64,000 nt of DNA, from positions 47,494,001 through 47,558,000 of the forward strand of contig NC_087447.1 of assembly GCF_036321535.1 (NCBI RefSeq), in the 5' to 3' direction. Positions 26,101 through 38,938 of this stretch are shown piece after piece. The position numbers and the translations under genes are program-made. Under the pieces are notes generated by a model. It ran no database searches. It saw nothing but the letters and a program-made list of their open reading frames with translations, and was not told the DNA's origin. The DNA comes from Camelus dromedarius (lineage: Eukaryota). Numbering within the stretch: position 1 is the first letter of the stretch; each line of letters opens with the position of its first letter.

Positions 26101-29100
26101 AGGTCAGGGAGGGGTGGGTCACTGAAGCTTTCTCCAAAGGGGAAGAAAAGTTGTAGGACAGGAAGTCGGAGGAGATAGGTCCCCACCGCCCAGCTTCCTG
26201 TGGCAAGAGGAAACTCAGGTTCTCAGCTGCTCTCCCACAGGAGACCTCGCACCCATACTCCAGCGGCCAAGCCCCTCAATGCCCCTGGCCACCGGGCCCA
26301 CTCCTGCCTCTTTGGTCTGCCTGAGAATACCTGACTCATGCATTGGGCAGGGGGTTGCCTGAAATTGTCAGTCTTCCTTCCACCAGGGTCTGGACACCTC
26401 TGAGGACAGGGGCAAGGTCTCTTCTGCCTCTCACACAGCTCAGCACACAGCAGCATCAGAGAGCCCAAGCACAGGAGCATCCAGGGCAGGGCTGGGCAGC
26501 CCATGTCATCTCCTGCTTCCTGTTCCCCGTGCCCCATGCCTCTCCACAGGCCCCAGCACAGGCGTTGAGTTCAGAGGTCATGGAGCCTGGAGAGCCCCAT
26601 GGCATGGAGAAATAGCCCAGAGTCATACACACACAGAAAGAGGTTACCAGAGCTGTGACTGGACCCCAGCCTCTTCCCCAGCTGGCCCTGCTTGAAGGAG
26701 TGCAGACACCCTGGCTTCCCATTTCTCTACCACTATAGGAACCATGGAGAAGCCTAGCCTGTGCATTGAGAGATCTGAGTTCAGGTTCCAAGCTGCTCTC
26801 CATTTGGCACCCAGGATCCGTGTTCAGTGTCTGCCTCTGGGACAAGGCCTGACCTCTCAGGAGGCAGTGTCAGCCTCCTCTCCAGTGCCCCAGGCATAGT
26901 GCAGGCCAGGGACCAAACCAGGCTGGAGGCCAGGAGGGAGGGATAGGTTAGAGGTGGCCTCCAGCAGCCCTGTGCCTTTGTCCTGGCTCCAAATGCTATG
27001 CCAGAGCCACAGTGGCTTCCAGGAACCTCTGGATATAGGGACAGGGAGAAGGTAAGTCTGGGGGAAGGGGGTGAGGCAGAGGAAATAAATCAGGTAGGCA
27101 GATTGGTGAACCTTCTCCCCCACCCTGGGATCACGCCCACAGGGCAAATCCAGGGACAGCTGGCTTTCCCAGCTCAGGGGGCGGGCCCAGAATGCCTCAT
27201 CAAGGGGGGAGGGGGAAGCTCAACAAACACCTGTGGTTGAGTCCCAGCCTCCTGGAGTGACCCAGTCATCCCTGGGGACTCTGGTTTCAGACCTGCTGTG
27301 TGACCTTGGCAAGCCACTCCCCTTTTTGGGCCTCAGCTTTCTCATTTATCAAACAAGAATGGGATGATGAGAACACTTGAGTCCTTCAAAGAGTTATTGA
27401 TGGATTCAAAGGTCACAATGTTGACTAAGATGTGTGCCCAAGTGAAGAGGGACAGGCACTCTGGAGCCAGGATGGCCTGGGTTCCACTCCTGCCTCAGCT
27501 GCTGTGTGACCTTAAACAAGTGACATCACCTCTCTCAGCCTCAGTTTCTTTCTTTGTAGCATGGAGACAAGCCTACTACTGCCAAAGACTGGTCTAAGGG
27601 TAAATCAGATGATGGAGAGAAATGCTTGACTCAGAGCAGGGGCTCTTATCAGAAATGAGATTCCTAGAATCTTGGGGATGGGGAGCTCAGAGACTTCTGC
27701 CCATCCCCCAGAGTTCCACCTGGCTGTGCTGAGGGGATCAGAGATCTCGAGATGCCCATAACCAAGGCCCCAGCCTTCTCCTTAGGCCCCAGCTCAGCTC
27801 ACCTCCTGCCTCCAGCCTCCATCCACTGTGGGGAGCAGAACAGAGAGGACTAGGCAGGAAGGCTGGAGATCTGGGTTCTAAATCTGGCTCTGCTGGGACT
27901 TGGCTGTGTGACTCTGGGCTGGCCCCTGCTCCTCTCTGGATCTCAGAGTCCATATCTGCACTCCAGTGAAACTGGAACTGCAAAGGTACCTGTAATCTCT
28001 GCTCAGTCTGAGAGGGAAGGAAGAGCAGGGTCCTGGCTGCCTAGGAGGGTGACAACAAGCCCACAATACCCTGGGTTTTCCAAGTCCCCTCCACTCCCAC
28101 CGGACAAATCTGATCTGGTCCCTTGTGGCGATCTGGCCCCCAGACCCACCAAATCCAGTCCTGGACCGGGCTGGGTTTATTCATTAACCAAGCCAGATAG
28201 AGGTGGCAGCTCCGCCCTGTTGACACAGAGGGTGGGAGTACTGGTCTCAGTTCAGGTCTTCCCCTTCCCTCCCTTCTGGAGACCCACCTCGGTGGGAGAA
28301 CTACATTTCCCCATCCCGCTGCACAGCCCAGCCTTGAGCCTTTCCCAGGTTACAGTCAGGAAAACAACCTTGATATCAACCTAGCTCACTTTTTTCATTT
28401 AATTTGTTTCTTCCTTCCTTCCTTCCTTCCTTCCATCCTTCATTCAACCAACATCCCTGGTCTGTGTTGGAGGCTGGCAAAGGATAGGACCTGTCCCTGT
28501 CCTCAGAGAGCCAAGCTGGGACACACCAGCTGCCCTTCTTTTTCCTGCTCCTGAGGTTCAGACATAGGTCAGGCCCAAGGACACCCCCAGCCCAGGGTTC
28601 TTAGGCCTGAGCAGAAAGTCCCAGAGTGGAAGATGCACATGGAAGCCCAGAGAGAAAGACAGCCAGATAGCCAGGGTGCTGACAGAGTCAAAGAGGGGAG
28701 AAGGGAAAATAGAAAGGGTGAGCCAAAAGGCTGCCCAGGGATAGATGGACAAAGCTCTAAATGACTGAGATAAAGTGAGGCAGAAAGGCACAGACAGGGT
28801 CAGAGACAGAAGGTCAAACATCTCTGGTCCTGGTGTGTGGCCATGATGCCAGAGCTAAGTCCAAGTCCAAGAGCAGGTCCCAGGCAGGAAGGCCTGGAGA
28901 GGGGGAGGGTAGGAGTGCCCTCTGAGTCCATTGCCCTGCCCATCCCCCCGCCTTGCCACAGGAATACACTCTTCACATGTTTGAGAAGGATAGCAGGAAG
29001 CGGGAGGCAAGGGAAAAGGAGACCTGCCCCCTTGAAAAGGGACCCTCGCAGCAATGCCAGACGTGTTGTGTTGGAGGCAGCTACTGAGGCTTCTAATCGG

Positions 29101-30079
29101 TCTTCACCAGCCTATTCCCCATCTAGTTCCCCAGGGGAGGCGGGCTCATGGGGTCCCAAACACCAAGCTGGCCATGCCATCCATGGCAACGAGAAGAAAG
29201 TCACAGGGCTATGAGGAGTGAGGTTGATGCTGTGAGGGGGGCTGATGTGCCTGCATCTGCTAACCTCCCTTGGCCCCCTCCTCCCCACCCTCAGCCTGGC
29301 CCTGTGTAAGGGGCCCTGCCTTTGGGGTCTGCCAGCCATGATCCTGAGTCCCTGCAAGAGAGACTCAGGAAACAGCTGGGGAGGGAAGAGGGAAGAGCAG
29401 CACATCAAGCAGGAAAGAATCAGGTCCCTGGCACCCAAGGGTGCAGAGAGTAGGGGAAGAGACCTAGCTCAGGCTAAGAGAACCAGGAATTAGAGAGAGA
29501 AGGGCTCAGTCTCCCACCTGAGATGACTCCAGTCAGAAACCAGTGAAGGCTTCCATGGACAGAGAGCTCCCTGAGGGAGACCCCTCTCCTAGGTGAGCCT
29601 GGCAGCAGCCCACCTACCCAGAGCAGGCAGGGGCATGCAGAAGCCTGGGTTCTGGGTAGGTGAGCCAGAGTGAGTCACACCCCCTCTCCAGGCCTCATTT
29701 GGCCCATCTGTGTGATGGGGGCTTGCACAGCAAACTGTGCCTCCTTCTGGTTTCTGGCAAAAGACTGAGGTGCACAACCAGGTGCCCATATCCCTGCAGG
29801 AGGACCAGGAGACTCCCTGTCAGAGGCAGCAAGGGCACAGTGCAGGCTGCAGGTGCCACAGGACAACCCTACCTTGATCTTGTGCAGGGTCCGATCCATC
29901 TCCATAGCTTGTACCCACACAGACACTCCGGCCTTGCTGTAGGTCAGGTTCCAGCCTGCCTCGGCCTCACACTCTGACCGGAAGCTGCGGAAGTCCTGGT
30001 CGTCGGGCACCTGGACGCTGTCGCGGCCCAGGACTGGCCGAGGCCCCTGGGGTTCTGTTGAGGCGGCTGACTTCTCCAT
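7885..30079 (-). CDS. STARD10: StAR-related lipid transfer (START) domain protein 10, complete spliced CDS (6 coding exons, 291 aa)
   Basis: Exons 207+148+104+118+53+246=876 nt, phases compatible, all GT-AG. Translation MEKSAASTEPQGPRPVLGRDSVQVPDDQDFRSFRSECEAE...GGEGSDDDTSLT is recognisably STARD10. Confidence 0.97.
8382..8434 (-). CDS. STARD10: STARD10 coding exon 5 (GSLPKWVVNKSSQFLAPK)
   Basis: CATAG|GC acceptor, AAG|GTGAGT donor, 53 nt. Confidence 0.95.
9240..9960 (+). mobile_element. Degenerate L2 LINE fragment (orientation uncertain)
   Basis: L2-like motifs: ttttaagcagaagagagtcac, cccaggttcttggcatgagtgactggagg, gtgagttcagcattggtcacagtgagtttcag. Confidence 0.55.
10288..10405 (-). CDS. 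STARD10: STARD10 coding exon 4 (KYPPRKDLVRAVSIQTGYLIQSTGPKNCVITYLAQVDPK)
   Basis: CCCCAG|AAA acceptor, AAG|GTGAGG donor, 118 nt. Confidence 0.95.
10597..10640. repeat. Exact 22-bp tandem duplication (tgcccctcttaagatttccctg x2)
   Basis: Read directly from the sequence. Confidence 0.9.
11106..11209 (-). CDS. STARD10: STARD10 coding exon 3 (WRCPKPLKNRDVITLRSWLPMGTDYIIMNYSVKHP)
   Basis: CCACAG|GG acceptor, CCT|GTGAGT donor, 104 nt. Confidence 0.95.
11823..11970 (-). CDS. STARD10: STARD10 coding exon 2 (CRMECRDVPAETLYDVLHDIEYRKKWDSNVIETFDIARLTVNADVGYYS)
   Basis: CTGCAG|TGC acceptor, CTT|GTGAGC donor, 148 nt. Confidence 0.95.
14352..14458. mobile_element. MER81-like hAT (Blackjack) MITE
   Basis: accaact...gggtttgcccaaggctctcccagtttagcattaaaagtcc...gggaaacccctcagtc...aggacagttggtcacct. 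Confidence 0.65.
14500..14950 (+). mobile_element. Old L1 (L1MC/L1ME-type) 3' end fragment
   Basis: atttacatagtttcaaag...ccttaatcaagtgatcaaagtaaacatc...aggaaactcagacaaacccaaaatgaaggac. Confidence 0.65.
29873..30079 (-). CDS. STARD10: STARD10 first coding exon (MEKSAAS...DRTLHKIK); the exon starts in the 5'UTR at 30183
   Basis: ATG at 30079, donor AAG|GTAGGG after 29873, acceptor TTGCAG|G at 30183. Confidence 0.95.
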
Positions 30080-30199
30080 GGGGAGGCCCAGGGCCCTGGT
30101 TCTAGTCCGGCTCTCCTGGGTCCTCCACGGAGGCTCCAATAACGTCGACGCGGCTGCAGATGCTGACGCCACCTTCCAGGGACCTGCAAGACCGGTTTG

Positions 30200-30950
30200 G
30201 GAACCAGAGTCAGTGCGCTGGGGGCGCGGGTGCGACTGTCCGGGGTCCTGGAGGGTATTGAGTTCGAGATAGGCAAGGGCTAGTCCCCAGGTGAGCACGC
30301 ACCAGCCGGCACAGGGCAGTCACGAGGGCCACCCCCCAGGAAAGACCCCAGACCTCCGGTTTGGGGGCCGGAGTAGGGGCTGCGTATCGGGTAGAGGGAG
30401 CCCGTCGGGACCTGTGGGAGGCCGAGACCCGAGGTGACGGACGGTCCGGCGGGGCCCGCGCAGCGCTGGCCGGACCGGCTCAACTAACTCCGCAGCAGAG
30501 CGGGCGCGGGAAGCGCACCGGGCCAGTGGAGGGGGGGGTGGGGGGGCGCCCGCCAGGCCGAGTCGCTCACCTGTGCCCGCTTCTCCGCCGGGGCCCGCCA
30601 GGGCCGGGGGTGCGAGCGCCTCTGCCGCTGTCGCTGCTGCCGCTGCCCGGGAGACCGGGGCCGCGCGGGGGCTCTGGGGGTAGGAGCAGTGGGTCCCGCC
30701 GCCCGGCCCCGCCCAGCGCCCCCCCCACCCCTCCCTCTCCAGGGGCTAGGCTCGGGGGCTCCGGGGGCTCCGCTCGCTGGGGCTCGGTATTTTCCAGGCT
30801 GCAGAGGTACAGCTGACGGAGCTCGGAGCCCCGCCCCGCCCCGCAGGGTCCTAGCGCCCTCCCCCGCCCGCCCCCGGAGACCTGGCGCGGGAGGGACAGG
30901 TCCTCAGGCAGGGGTTGGGGAGGGATCAAAATAGAGCGGGATCTGAGAGG
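30200..30950 (-). promoter_or_regulatory. STARD10: CpG island, proximal STARD10 promoter; candidate non-coding exon ending at 30571
   Basis: Very GC/CpG rich, multiple GC boxes, consensus donor CAG|GTGAGC at 30571/30570. Confidence 0.75.
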
Positions 30951-33900
30951 AGGGGCGAGGAGGTACTAGAAGAGGGATTCTGAAAGTTAATTATAAATCC
31001 CTTCTCTCGACCCCCCCTCCCATGCTCACAGGTACGCACCTCTGCAACAACATACTTTCACACAAGCACGCTGTCCCCAGCAGCACCCAGAGACCCAAAG
31101 ATGGACATACTCCCCCCACCACAATCAAGAACAATTCAGAGATGCCCACAGCTTGCATCCCTCACCAACCCTAGCCTCAAGATTCACAGACTAGCTGGGC
31201 TTAGGCAAAATCTCCACTCACTCCCAACTGGGAGCTTTAACCAGGCTCTCCTCCAGCCCCCTACTCTGGCCCTTGTCCACTACCACCCCTCCTGAGCACC
31301 CATGCACGTGTCCACACCTCCCATGGATTAGACAAGGCTCTCAACAGCATCTGGCTCCAGAGCTTGGGTGCTCCCCTGTCCCTCCCCAGCCAGAGCTGGC
31401 CACAGCTCCATAGCCACAGGGAAGATATGTCCACCAGCACTCCAGCCACCCCTTCCAGCCTGGGAGGCTACTACCTGCCCCGCTGGGTCCTAGTGCCAGC
31501 TGTACCTCCAGCTGCTCTGTGTGAACTGAGGCCAATAGTTTAATTTCTCTGAAGCCAAGCCAATGTGAGTGTGGCAATGGGCCCAAGGCTGAGCATTCAC
31601 TGACCCCAGTGACTGGCCCTTGACCACAGAGGGCTGAGGAGGGCCCGTGGTGAGCTCCCCTGCATGGGCAGCCAACAGGGCACAACAAGTGCCCACCACT
31701 TGCCCCATGTCAGATGGCGAGTACATGGCCATCCTGCCCAGAACCAGGTCTCAGCCTCCTCCCACCCCAGGGTTTCCCATCTCTCTGGGTCTTCATTTCC
31801 CATCTGTAGAATGTGAGCATCAGAATGTACAACCTTCTAGCCTCACCATCTTAGGGCTCTGGTATGAAACAGCTTTTCCTAAAGGCACTAGAGAAAGATG
31901 AGGAGTTGTCACAGTGGGTTCACAAATAGAGGTGTTTCTTCCTGAAGTGCTTAGGGCTTCGAGATGTTTGTGAATCAGGCCCAACTTTAAAAGTAGAGGG
32001 GGTGAGCAGGGAGCTGTGATGGCAAGCAATCCTAAGAGGCATTCTGCAAAGTAAATCCTATAAAATGAGTTGCAGGTACCCATGAAGCCTGTGTGATGAC
32101 TTTAGCTCTCCAGAGTGAGAGGCATGGCCAGATCACCCTTGCCCCTTCTAACTCATTCTTAAAGGGTATGGACATGGGTGGCATGGGGCTGGCTCTGGGC
32201 TCAGGAGGCCAGGGCTCTAGCTCTCTGCTATGCACCTCCTCAGCCCCCACCCCAACTCTAGGCAGTTCACTGCCCCTCCCCTGGCTTCAGCAGTTTCATC
32301 TGACAGACACCCAGGCTGGTGGGAGACCTAAAGAGGGGTATACAGACTGCTCTGTGAACTGTAGGATCTGCCATGAGCACTGGCCTGGTGGCTCCTGCCT
32401 TCTTAGGGCCCCAATGACACACATGTCAGCTGACAGCAGGCACCAGGGAAGTACATCTCTTAGCCCATCACCCAGTCCAGGGTAGAAGAGATAAGGCTGG
32501 GGTGACAGCAGGAGATAGCAGTGAGGGTGGACTGACAGGACTTCCCCACCCCCAGAGCACTGCCAGTCTGAGGGAGACACACAAATTCAGGGAGGTACAG
32601 ATGGCAGAAACCAAAACATCCCTCAAATCTAAATATAGATTAACCAAGAATGAATCTTTTGGGGTCCTGGGGCAGAAAAGGTGGGTCACCTGGTACCCCT
32701 GGGCTCAGATGGCCATGTCCTGGGCTCATCCCTGCCTGGGTCCTAGGTTTAGGTCAGGATCTGGAGCATCAGTCATCATCCTACTCACTATTAATTTGCT
32801 CTTGCAAGCCTCCCAACCCCCGGGAATTTAGGTATCTCTGACTCAAGGGTTCATGACAGCCTCCCAAATATGCCTGGACCAAAGCAGATTCATGTCCTGC
32901 CTCAAACACCCCTGAGCAGCAGAGGAAGGGTCCGGTCTGCTCAAGGGTAGAAGAGTGAGCCTGGGAGGGCTGGGATGGGGACTTGGAGGGAGTCTGAAGA
33001 GGAGTCCTAGGACTCAGCCACCCCTGCTTCCCACAGCCTAGCAGTGCAAAAGGCCTGTGGATCTGGGTTCAAATCCTGGTCACACCATTTCCTAAATATG
33101 TGACCAAGGGCAAGTGACATGCCCTCTCTCAGCCTTAGTTTCTTCATCTAGAATAATAATGCCTACTCTCTGAGAATTACTGCAGAGAAAAGAGTTGTAC
33201 AAGTGTCAGTTTCACCCCCAAGTAAGTAACCAAAAATATAACTGGAGAGGGAAGGGTAGGGAGGAATAAATACAGTGTCCAAAAATGGCACACTTCCAAC
33301 AAAAAGTGTAAGGTAACATTTTGGTAGGATGGTTGTTAAGATTCTCACGAAAGATTAAACAGTGGAAAACGTTGGCAAGGCATGACCCTGCTCTGTCCCC
33401 TGCAAGCCCTGCCGCAGCCACACAGCCCTTCCATAGGCGGTGGATTGGGCGAGGTGCCTCTCTGGGCCCCAGCCTCAGAACGGGGCATCACTGAACAGGA
33501 GTCAGAGTGGGTGTGGAAGGCAGGAGCAAGTACAAGGAGAAGGTGCTTAGCAAACTGAGAGGCGTCATGAGAATGTGAGGAATCATTACCCAGGGCACTG
33601 AGAAGGTGCTGGGTCTTACATGTGCCCCTCACAGAGAGAGCAGCTGAGGTGTGGGAGGCACAGGGACACCCCTGAGTCAAAGCAAGTCAGAGCCCATCTG
33701 GGGACCTCTAGTACCTCAGGACTTGTGGAATGGGGTAGGGGGCGTTTGGAGAGAGTCACACCAGACTTTGCTCACTGCCCCCTGCTAGCTGTAGAACAGG
33801 GTCAGGGTACCTGCCCGGAGCCATTCATGACCTGGTCCCTAGCACTCACCTTAACTGCCCTCCCTGAGTCCCCCCTCAGAACTGAAGACCCTCAGACTAC

Positions 33901-34834
33901 TGTCATCTGGCCCCAGCCTCGAACTGTTCAGATGGAGAAACAAACGCCCAGCCAATAGGGACAGAGATAAGATCCTAGGTCTCCCAGCTACTAATCCAAG
34001 TCTCTGTCTCTGCCACCCATTATATGCCATCCTTTTCACTCTCCTGGGGGTGACCTTCGGACAGTCAGTGCCCTCTCTCTGCTTCAAGATTCATCCTCCA
34101 CCCAAGGGCCCCCGCCCTGCCCAGGATGTTGGACAATGAAGTGCCAGCAAGTCTTGACTTACTCCTGGGTGCTCCCTCCTACTCACCATCTAGTCAGACA
34201 GATGGATGGCTGCCTCAATCTCCCCTCTGGGAGATGAGAAGAAGGCCCCCCAACTTGGCCCCACTTCCCCCACCCCCCTCCTCAGGAGTCACCGGGCCTG
34301 CCAGTTTGGGTGGAGAAAATTCCCAGGTTGCCTAGGGTAATTTGGCAGTATCCTGGGGGCACCATTCTAGAAGATTGGGCAATGACCTGTGTGATGTCAC
34401 CAGGAAGCAGTAGAGAGGTGATTCCAGAGGCCCCTCGGGAAGGGCACATGACGGAACACTCTAAAGTCCCCAGGGCTGCCTTGGCCTTGAGAGAGACAAA
34501 TCCTTTACAGTTAGGTGGCAGGTGGCAATAGGCATCCCGGTCCCACCTGGAGCCGGATCTCAGTGTTTGCCCAGGGCGGGTCTCCTACCCCTGCTGGGCC
34601 TCACTGAGCAAACAGCCCAAACACTGCCCTGAGGGAGTGGCTAGAGCCTGAGGGAGTCACAGAGAGGTATACACAGAGTCACCCATATCCCCTCTCCTCC
34701 TGGTGACTCTGTCACAGCCGTGTACCATCACACTGATGTCCTGTCACAGTCCCTCGCAGCCACACACCATCTCAGTCTCCTGAGTGGGTGCCCGACACAG
34801 GTACGCTGGCTTGGGTACACCAGGTCACCCAAGT

Positions 34835-34939
34835 AGAGTTGCCAGATAAAACACAGGACACCTTGTGCAATATGATTTTCAGACTAGCAAAGAATCATTT
34901 TTAGTATATGTCCCGAATATTTGTTAAATCTGGCAACCT
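34835..34939. mobile_element. MER53-like hAT MITE, internally deleted
   Basis: Terminal inverted repeats GTTGCCAGAT ... ATCTGGCAAC with MER53-like interior (aaaacacaggacacc, ttttcaga, tttagtatatgtcccgaatatt). Confidence 0.7.
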
Positions 34940-36229
34940 TACACCTGAGGCACTGCCATGTCCACATCACAAAACCTCAAAGAGCTACACCAGGCCCCCC
35001 ACAGACCTCAGTCTCACCTGCCCTGGGAAGGCGCAGTCAGCACATGACTCACAGGTATTGAGCGCATGTGTGCATGTGCTGCACCCCCACCCCTCCCCGC
35101 CGACACATGGACCTACACATCCTCTCTGTGAAGAGGCACTGGGCCAGACTGAGTCTTCCATACTCATTTTGTCTAACCTTCAAAACAACCTTAGGTGGAA
35201 GGTCATGCAGGGACTATTAGCCCCATTTGACAGATGAGGAAAATAAGGCCCAGCAAATGGTCCCCTGGTAGGGGCAGAGGGGGTGTGAGGGAAGTCACGT
35301 TATACCTGGGCCAGGCTGTGTCCTTGGGTGGGTCTGAGCTCCTCAAGCAGACTTCTCAGAGGAGCCTCTCCCCTCAGGAATGATAGCCTAGGGAGTTTGG
35401 GGGCAGACCCTCCGCCCTACCCCACTCCATCCAAAGGGTGACCCTAAGTACTCCCCTCTAGTCCCAGAGGGTGGAAACTGTCCCGAGTCAGGGTGCCAAG
35501 GGCCCAGCTTTGATATTAAAAAAATAAGAAACCAAAAGAAGGAACTTGTGTGGGCTTCCAGAAAAGAGGCCGTGGCTGCAGGGCTGGAGTTCCTGCCTTG
35601 GTAGACAACGTCGTAGACAACCTCGTCCTCCCCGAGGACACACAAAGACACACAAAGACGCCTATACCCCCACTGCCATCCAGCCTGAGCATAGAGCAGA
35701 GGGGAGGGCCTGGGGTCAGACAGATGGATTAGGAGCCTCTGACAGGAAACTCCAGGGCTTTCAGAAGGTTGCATCAACCCAGCAATCGAACTGGATTCCT
35801 GCAGGCAGCAGTGCCCAATAGACATGATCAGCAGAAGGACTCAGCACGCAGAGGGCAGTGCTGGCCATCTGGGCTGGGCCCCCCAAAACAGGAGTCTCCA
35901 CGGTTCTACACTGGGCTGCGCCAACCTTGGGCAAGACCCTGCTTCTCTCTAGCCTGTTTTCCTGTCCAGGTGGTTGTGCTCCAGATGCCTCTCCGTTGGG
36001 CTGGGGTAGGTGGGAGGGCTCTGTAAATTGTGAAGTCCTGCATAGTGGAGGTGGGAAGGAGCTGTGTTAGACTCCTTTCTCCCCCAAGCCTGAGGGTGCT
36101 CTTGAGGGCAGTAAGACCCTGCAAAGCCCAGAGGGAAGCTCCCAGGGCTCTTGAGTACAGGGACTGGAGGATGAGGAGGGAAGGACAGGAGAGGAGGTGG
36201 GACAGAACGAGTGAAATATCCTGCTCAGC

Positions 36230-36450
36230 AGTCTAGCCTAATGGCTAAGAGCTTGGGTTAGGGAGCCAGGATGCCTGGGTGAGAACCGATTACTGTGTGA
36301 TCTAGAACAAGTTACTCAACCTCTCTGGGTCTCAGTTCTCCTATTTCTAGAATGAACAGGCTAGTAGGACTTGTATCATTGCAATGAGGATGAAGTGAAT
36401 TAATGCACATAGAGTGCTTAGCACAGTGCCAGGCAAGCGATGATGCTCAA
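36230..36450 (+). mobile_element. MIR SINE relic
   Basis: tgtgtgatctagaacaagttactcaacctctctgggtctcagtt ... gtgcttagcacagtgccaggca. Confidence 0.7.
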
Positions 36451-37558
36451 CAGGCACCACAGCTGCTATCAGTTCTTGTCTCCTGAGCCCCTTTCCCCCA
36501 GGTCTGGCAGCTGTCCCCAAGGCATGGCCTCTTACCTAAGTCTCTACTCCTTGACCTGGAGGCAGTGTCTCCCTCTTCTGACCTGGAGGAAAGGAAACAG
36601 TGGGTTCTCCTGGAGCCTGGAGGGTGGAGAATAAAGCAGAAGTGGGCACGCATGATGACATCTTGTCCCCCTCCCTCACTCCCCAATTCCAAACACAGCT
36701 ACAAAGGCCTGGATGGGTCCCCTTGGGGGGACCTGCACTTAATGGCATAAGCTCCTTGCATCAGCAGAGCCCCCTCCTCAGTGACTGACAACTGGATGCT
36801 GGGACAGCAGCAGGCCCCGGGGAGCCTGGTCCTTCCCAGGCAGCAGGCAGGATAGTACTGAGTCCACACTCCAGGGGCTGGTTCCCTGGAAGGTTTTCAG
36901 TATGGGCTCTGTCAGAGAGTGGGGCTGAAGGCTCTGCCTTGGGTCATGGTTCATTCTGGGGGCAAAATCCACACCTGGAACATGCCTAGAACACACTCAG
37001 CTTCCCGAGGCTCTGCTGAGCAGGGGACTCCTGCCAATCCCTGCCCCCTGACCTGAGGCCTGGTGCCCCCGGTCAGAGGATATCTCCACAGTGCTCCCCC
37101 GGGGGAGGCTGTCTCCTTCAGCACCTTCTAAATTTAGGGCTTGGGCTCTGTGACTCATTCCTGAATCTGCTTTGCTCCCCTCCTCCAGGAGTATGCTCCC
37201 ACGGTATTTTTATCTTCTGCTGCCTCAGACTGATTAATAAGGGCCTAGAATCTTGCAGCAGCCACACACACGAGGAGAGCTCCCCAGTCCACCCGCCCCC
37301 AGGTCAGCTCTGGGTGTCTCTCTGACCAGGTCCTATGCTCCCCCTCCCTTTACCTGTCCCTGCACCCACGCCCACCCTGCTACTCTCCAACCATTGTCCA
37401 CGCAGGTGACTGCACCTGAGGCTGACTCCAAGCAGTCAGTGGTGTCAGTGGGGAAGGAGAGGTGGAGCCAAGCCTTGCCCCTTCCAAATCAGCTGCTGGG
37501 AAGAGCCCTGGCCTAACATCAAGATACCTGAGTTCTGGCCCAGACTCACTTCCAGAGA

Positions 37559-37689
37559 AACAACTGTGGAGCCCAGCTCCAAGGGACGGAGAAAGTTCAC
37601 TTCCCTGGTGGGTAGCTGCCTAATTCAGGGGGTGGTATGGTGTGCCCACGGTGCCACCTGCCTGCTCCATGTGGCTGGGGGAGTGGCTC
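37559..37689 (+). repeat. 131-bp dispersed direct repeat, copy 1
   Basis: Identical to 38939-39069 except at one base (G37650/A39030). Confidence 0.95.
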
Positions 37690-38938
37690 TGACTGTGGGG
37701 CTCTGCATGAGTTCTTGGCTTCTCTGGGCTTCTCTTTCTTTCTCTACAAATAAGGGGTTTGAACCAGATCTCCATTACGGAGACTTGGACCAGAGCTGAA
37801 TTGCCACTGAGCCACAGACCTCTACCTTCAAACAGAGGGGGCTGGGGGTAGGGTTATCTGATGTTGGGCCCTGCCTGCTACCCAGGCTTCTCTCTGTCCC
37901 CAGCAATTGCTCTGTACAAGGGACACACAAGCCCCTGCTGACAGCCTTTTTGGACTTCTGTCTTGAAGAGAGGAAAGGATCATGCATGACCTCACACACT
38001 GAAGGGGCTGGAGAGAGCCCAGGGTCTGGTTCTGGTCTCACTGCCCAGGGCTGTATTGTGCAGCTTTGGACAAGAATCACCTTAATTCTGGACTCAGGCT
38101 GTGGGGAAACGAATCACACACATGCAGAGGTGTAAAATGCTCCCTGCTAGGTTCCCAGGGCCAGAGGAGGAAATGGATATGTGAGTGCCTCCCTCCACTT
38201 TCAGAAATGCAGGCTCCCAGGGCACAGAGTAGAGGTATCTGGGAGATGGACAGACGTGGGACTGCTGCATCTCTGCCCCTGCTGGGCTCTATGAGAACCT
38301 ATCCGCATCTAGCCTCCACCTGTGTTCATGAGTAACAACAGTGGCTAATGTTTACTGAGTGCATACCACAAGCCAGGTGCTGTTCTATGCACTTAACAGA
38401 CCTTAACTCATTTAATTCATAGTTATACATCCAGACAGCCCTGGATAAGGCTTACCACCCCGATTCTACAGACAATGAGGCTCAGACTAGAGAAGTGACT
38501 TGCCGACGGTCACGACGTTAAGTCACTGGGAAGGCTGATTAAATGGTAGGTCTGACTGCAAGCCTGCCTTCTGTTTTACCCTAAGGTAGCTCTTCTCAGA
38601 GTATACATTAGACACTCAATAAATGTTTGATGAAGATGTTTGATTACTGCCATGTAATGGAAAGATCTTTGTCCTAGTCTAGTCTACCCCAACCCATTGT
38701 GTATCCTTAAAAGAGTCCTTTCCTCCTTTGGCCTCAGTTTCCCTGGCTGAAAACAGAGATGGTAAGTGAAGGTCCAGAGAATTAGATACTTGGAGGTGGG
38801 AAGGATCTTGAATTTCTATTTCTACAAACACTGCCTTTCATGACTTGCCTGAGGAAGTCCCATCTGCAACTGGACCTTAGGGTCTCTCAGCCCCGTCCCA
38901 CACCTATGTCCAGGATCTCTCAGAGCACTCTGGAGAGT

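Noticed and set aside
30361..30934. Pro/Gly/Arg-rich ORFs in the STARD10 CpG island, including 30567-30929 (-)
   Set aside because: Expected in stop-poor GC-rich DNA; the minus ORF ends in phase 2 at the 30571 donor and cannot join the STARD10 frame, which needs phase 1
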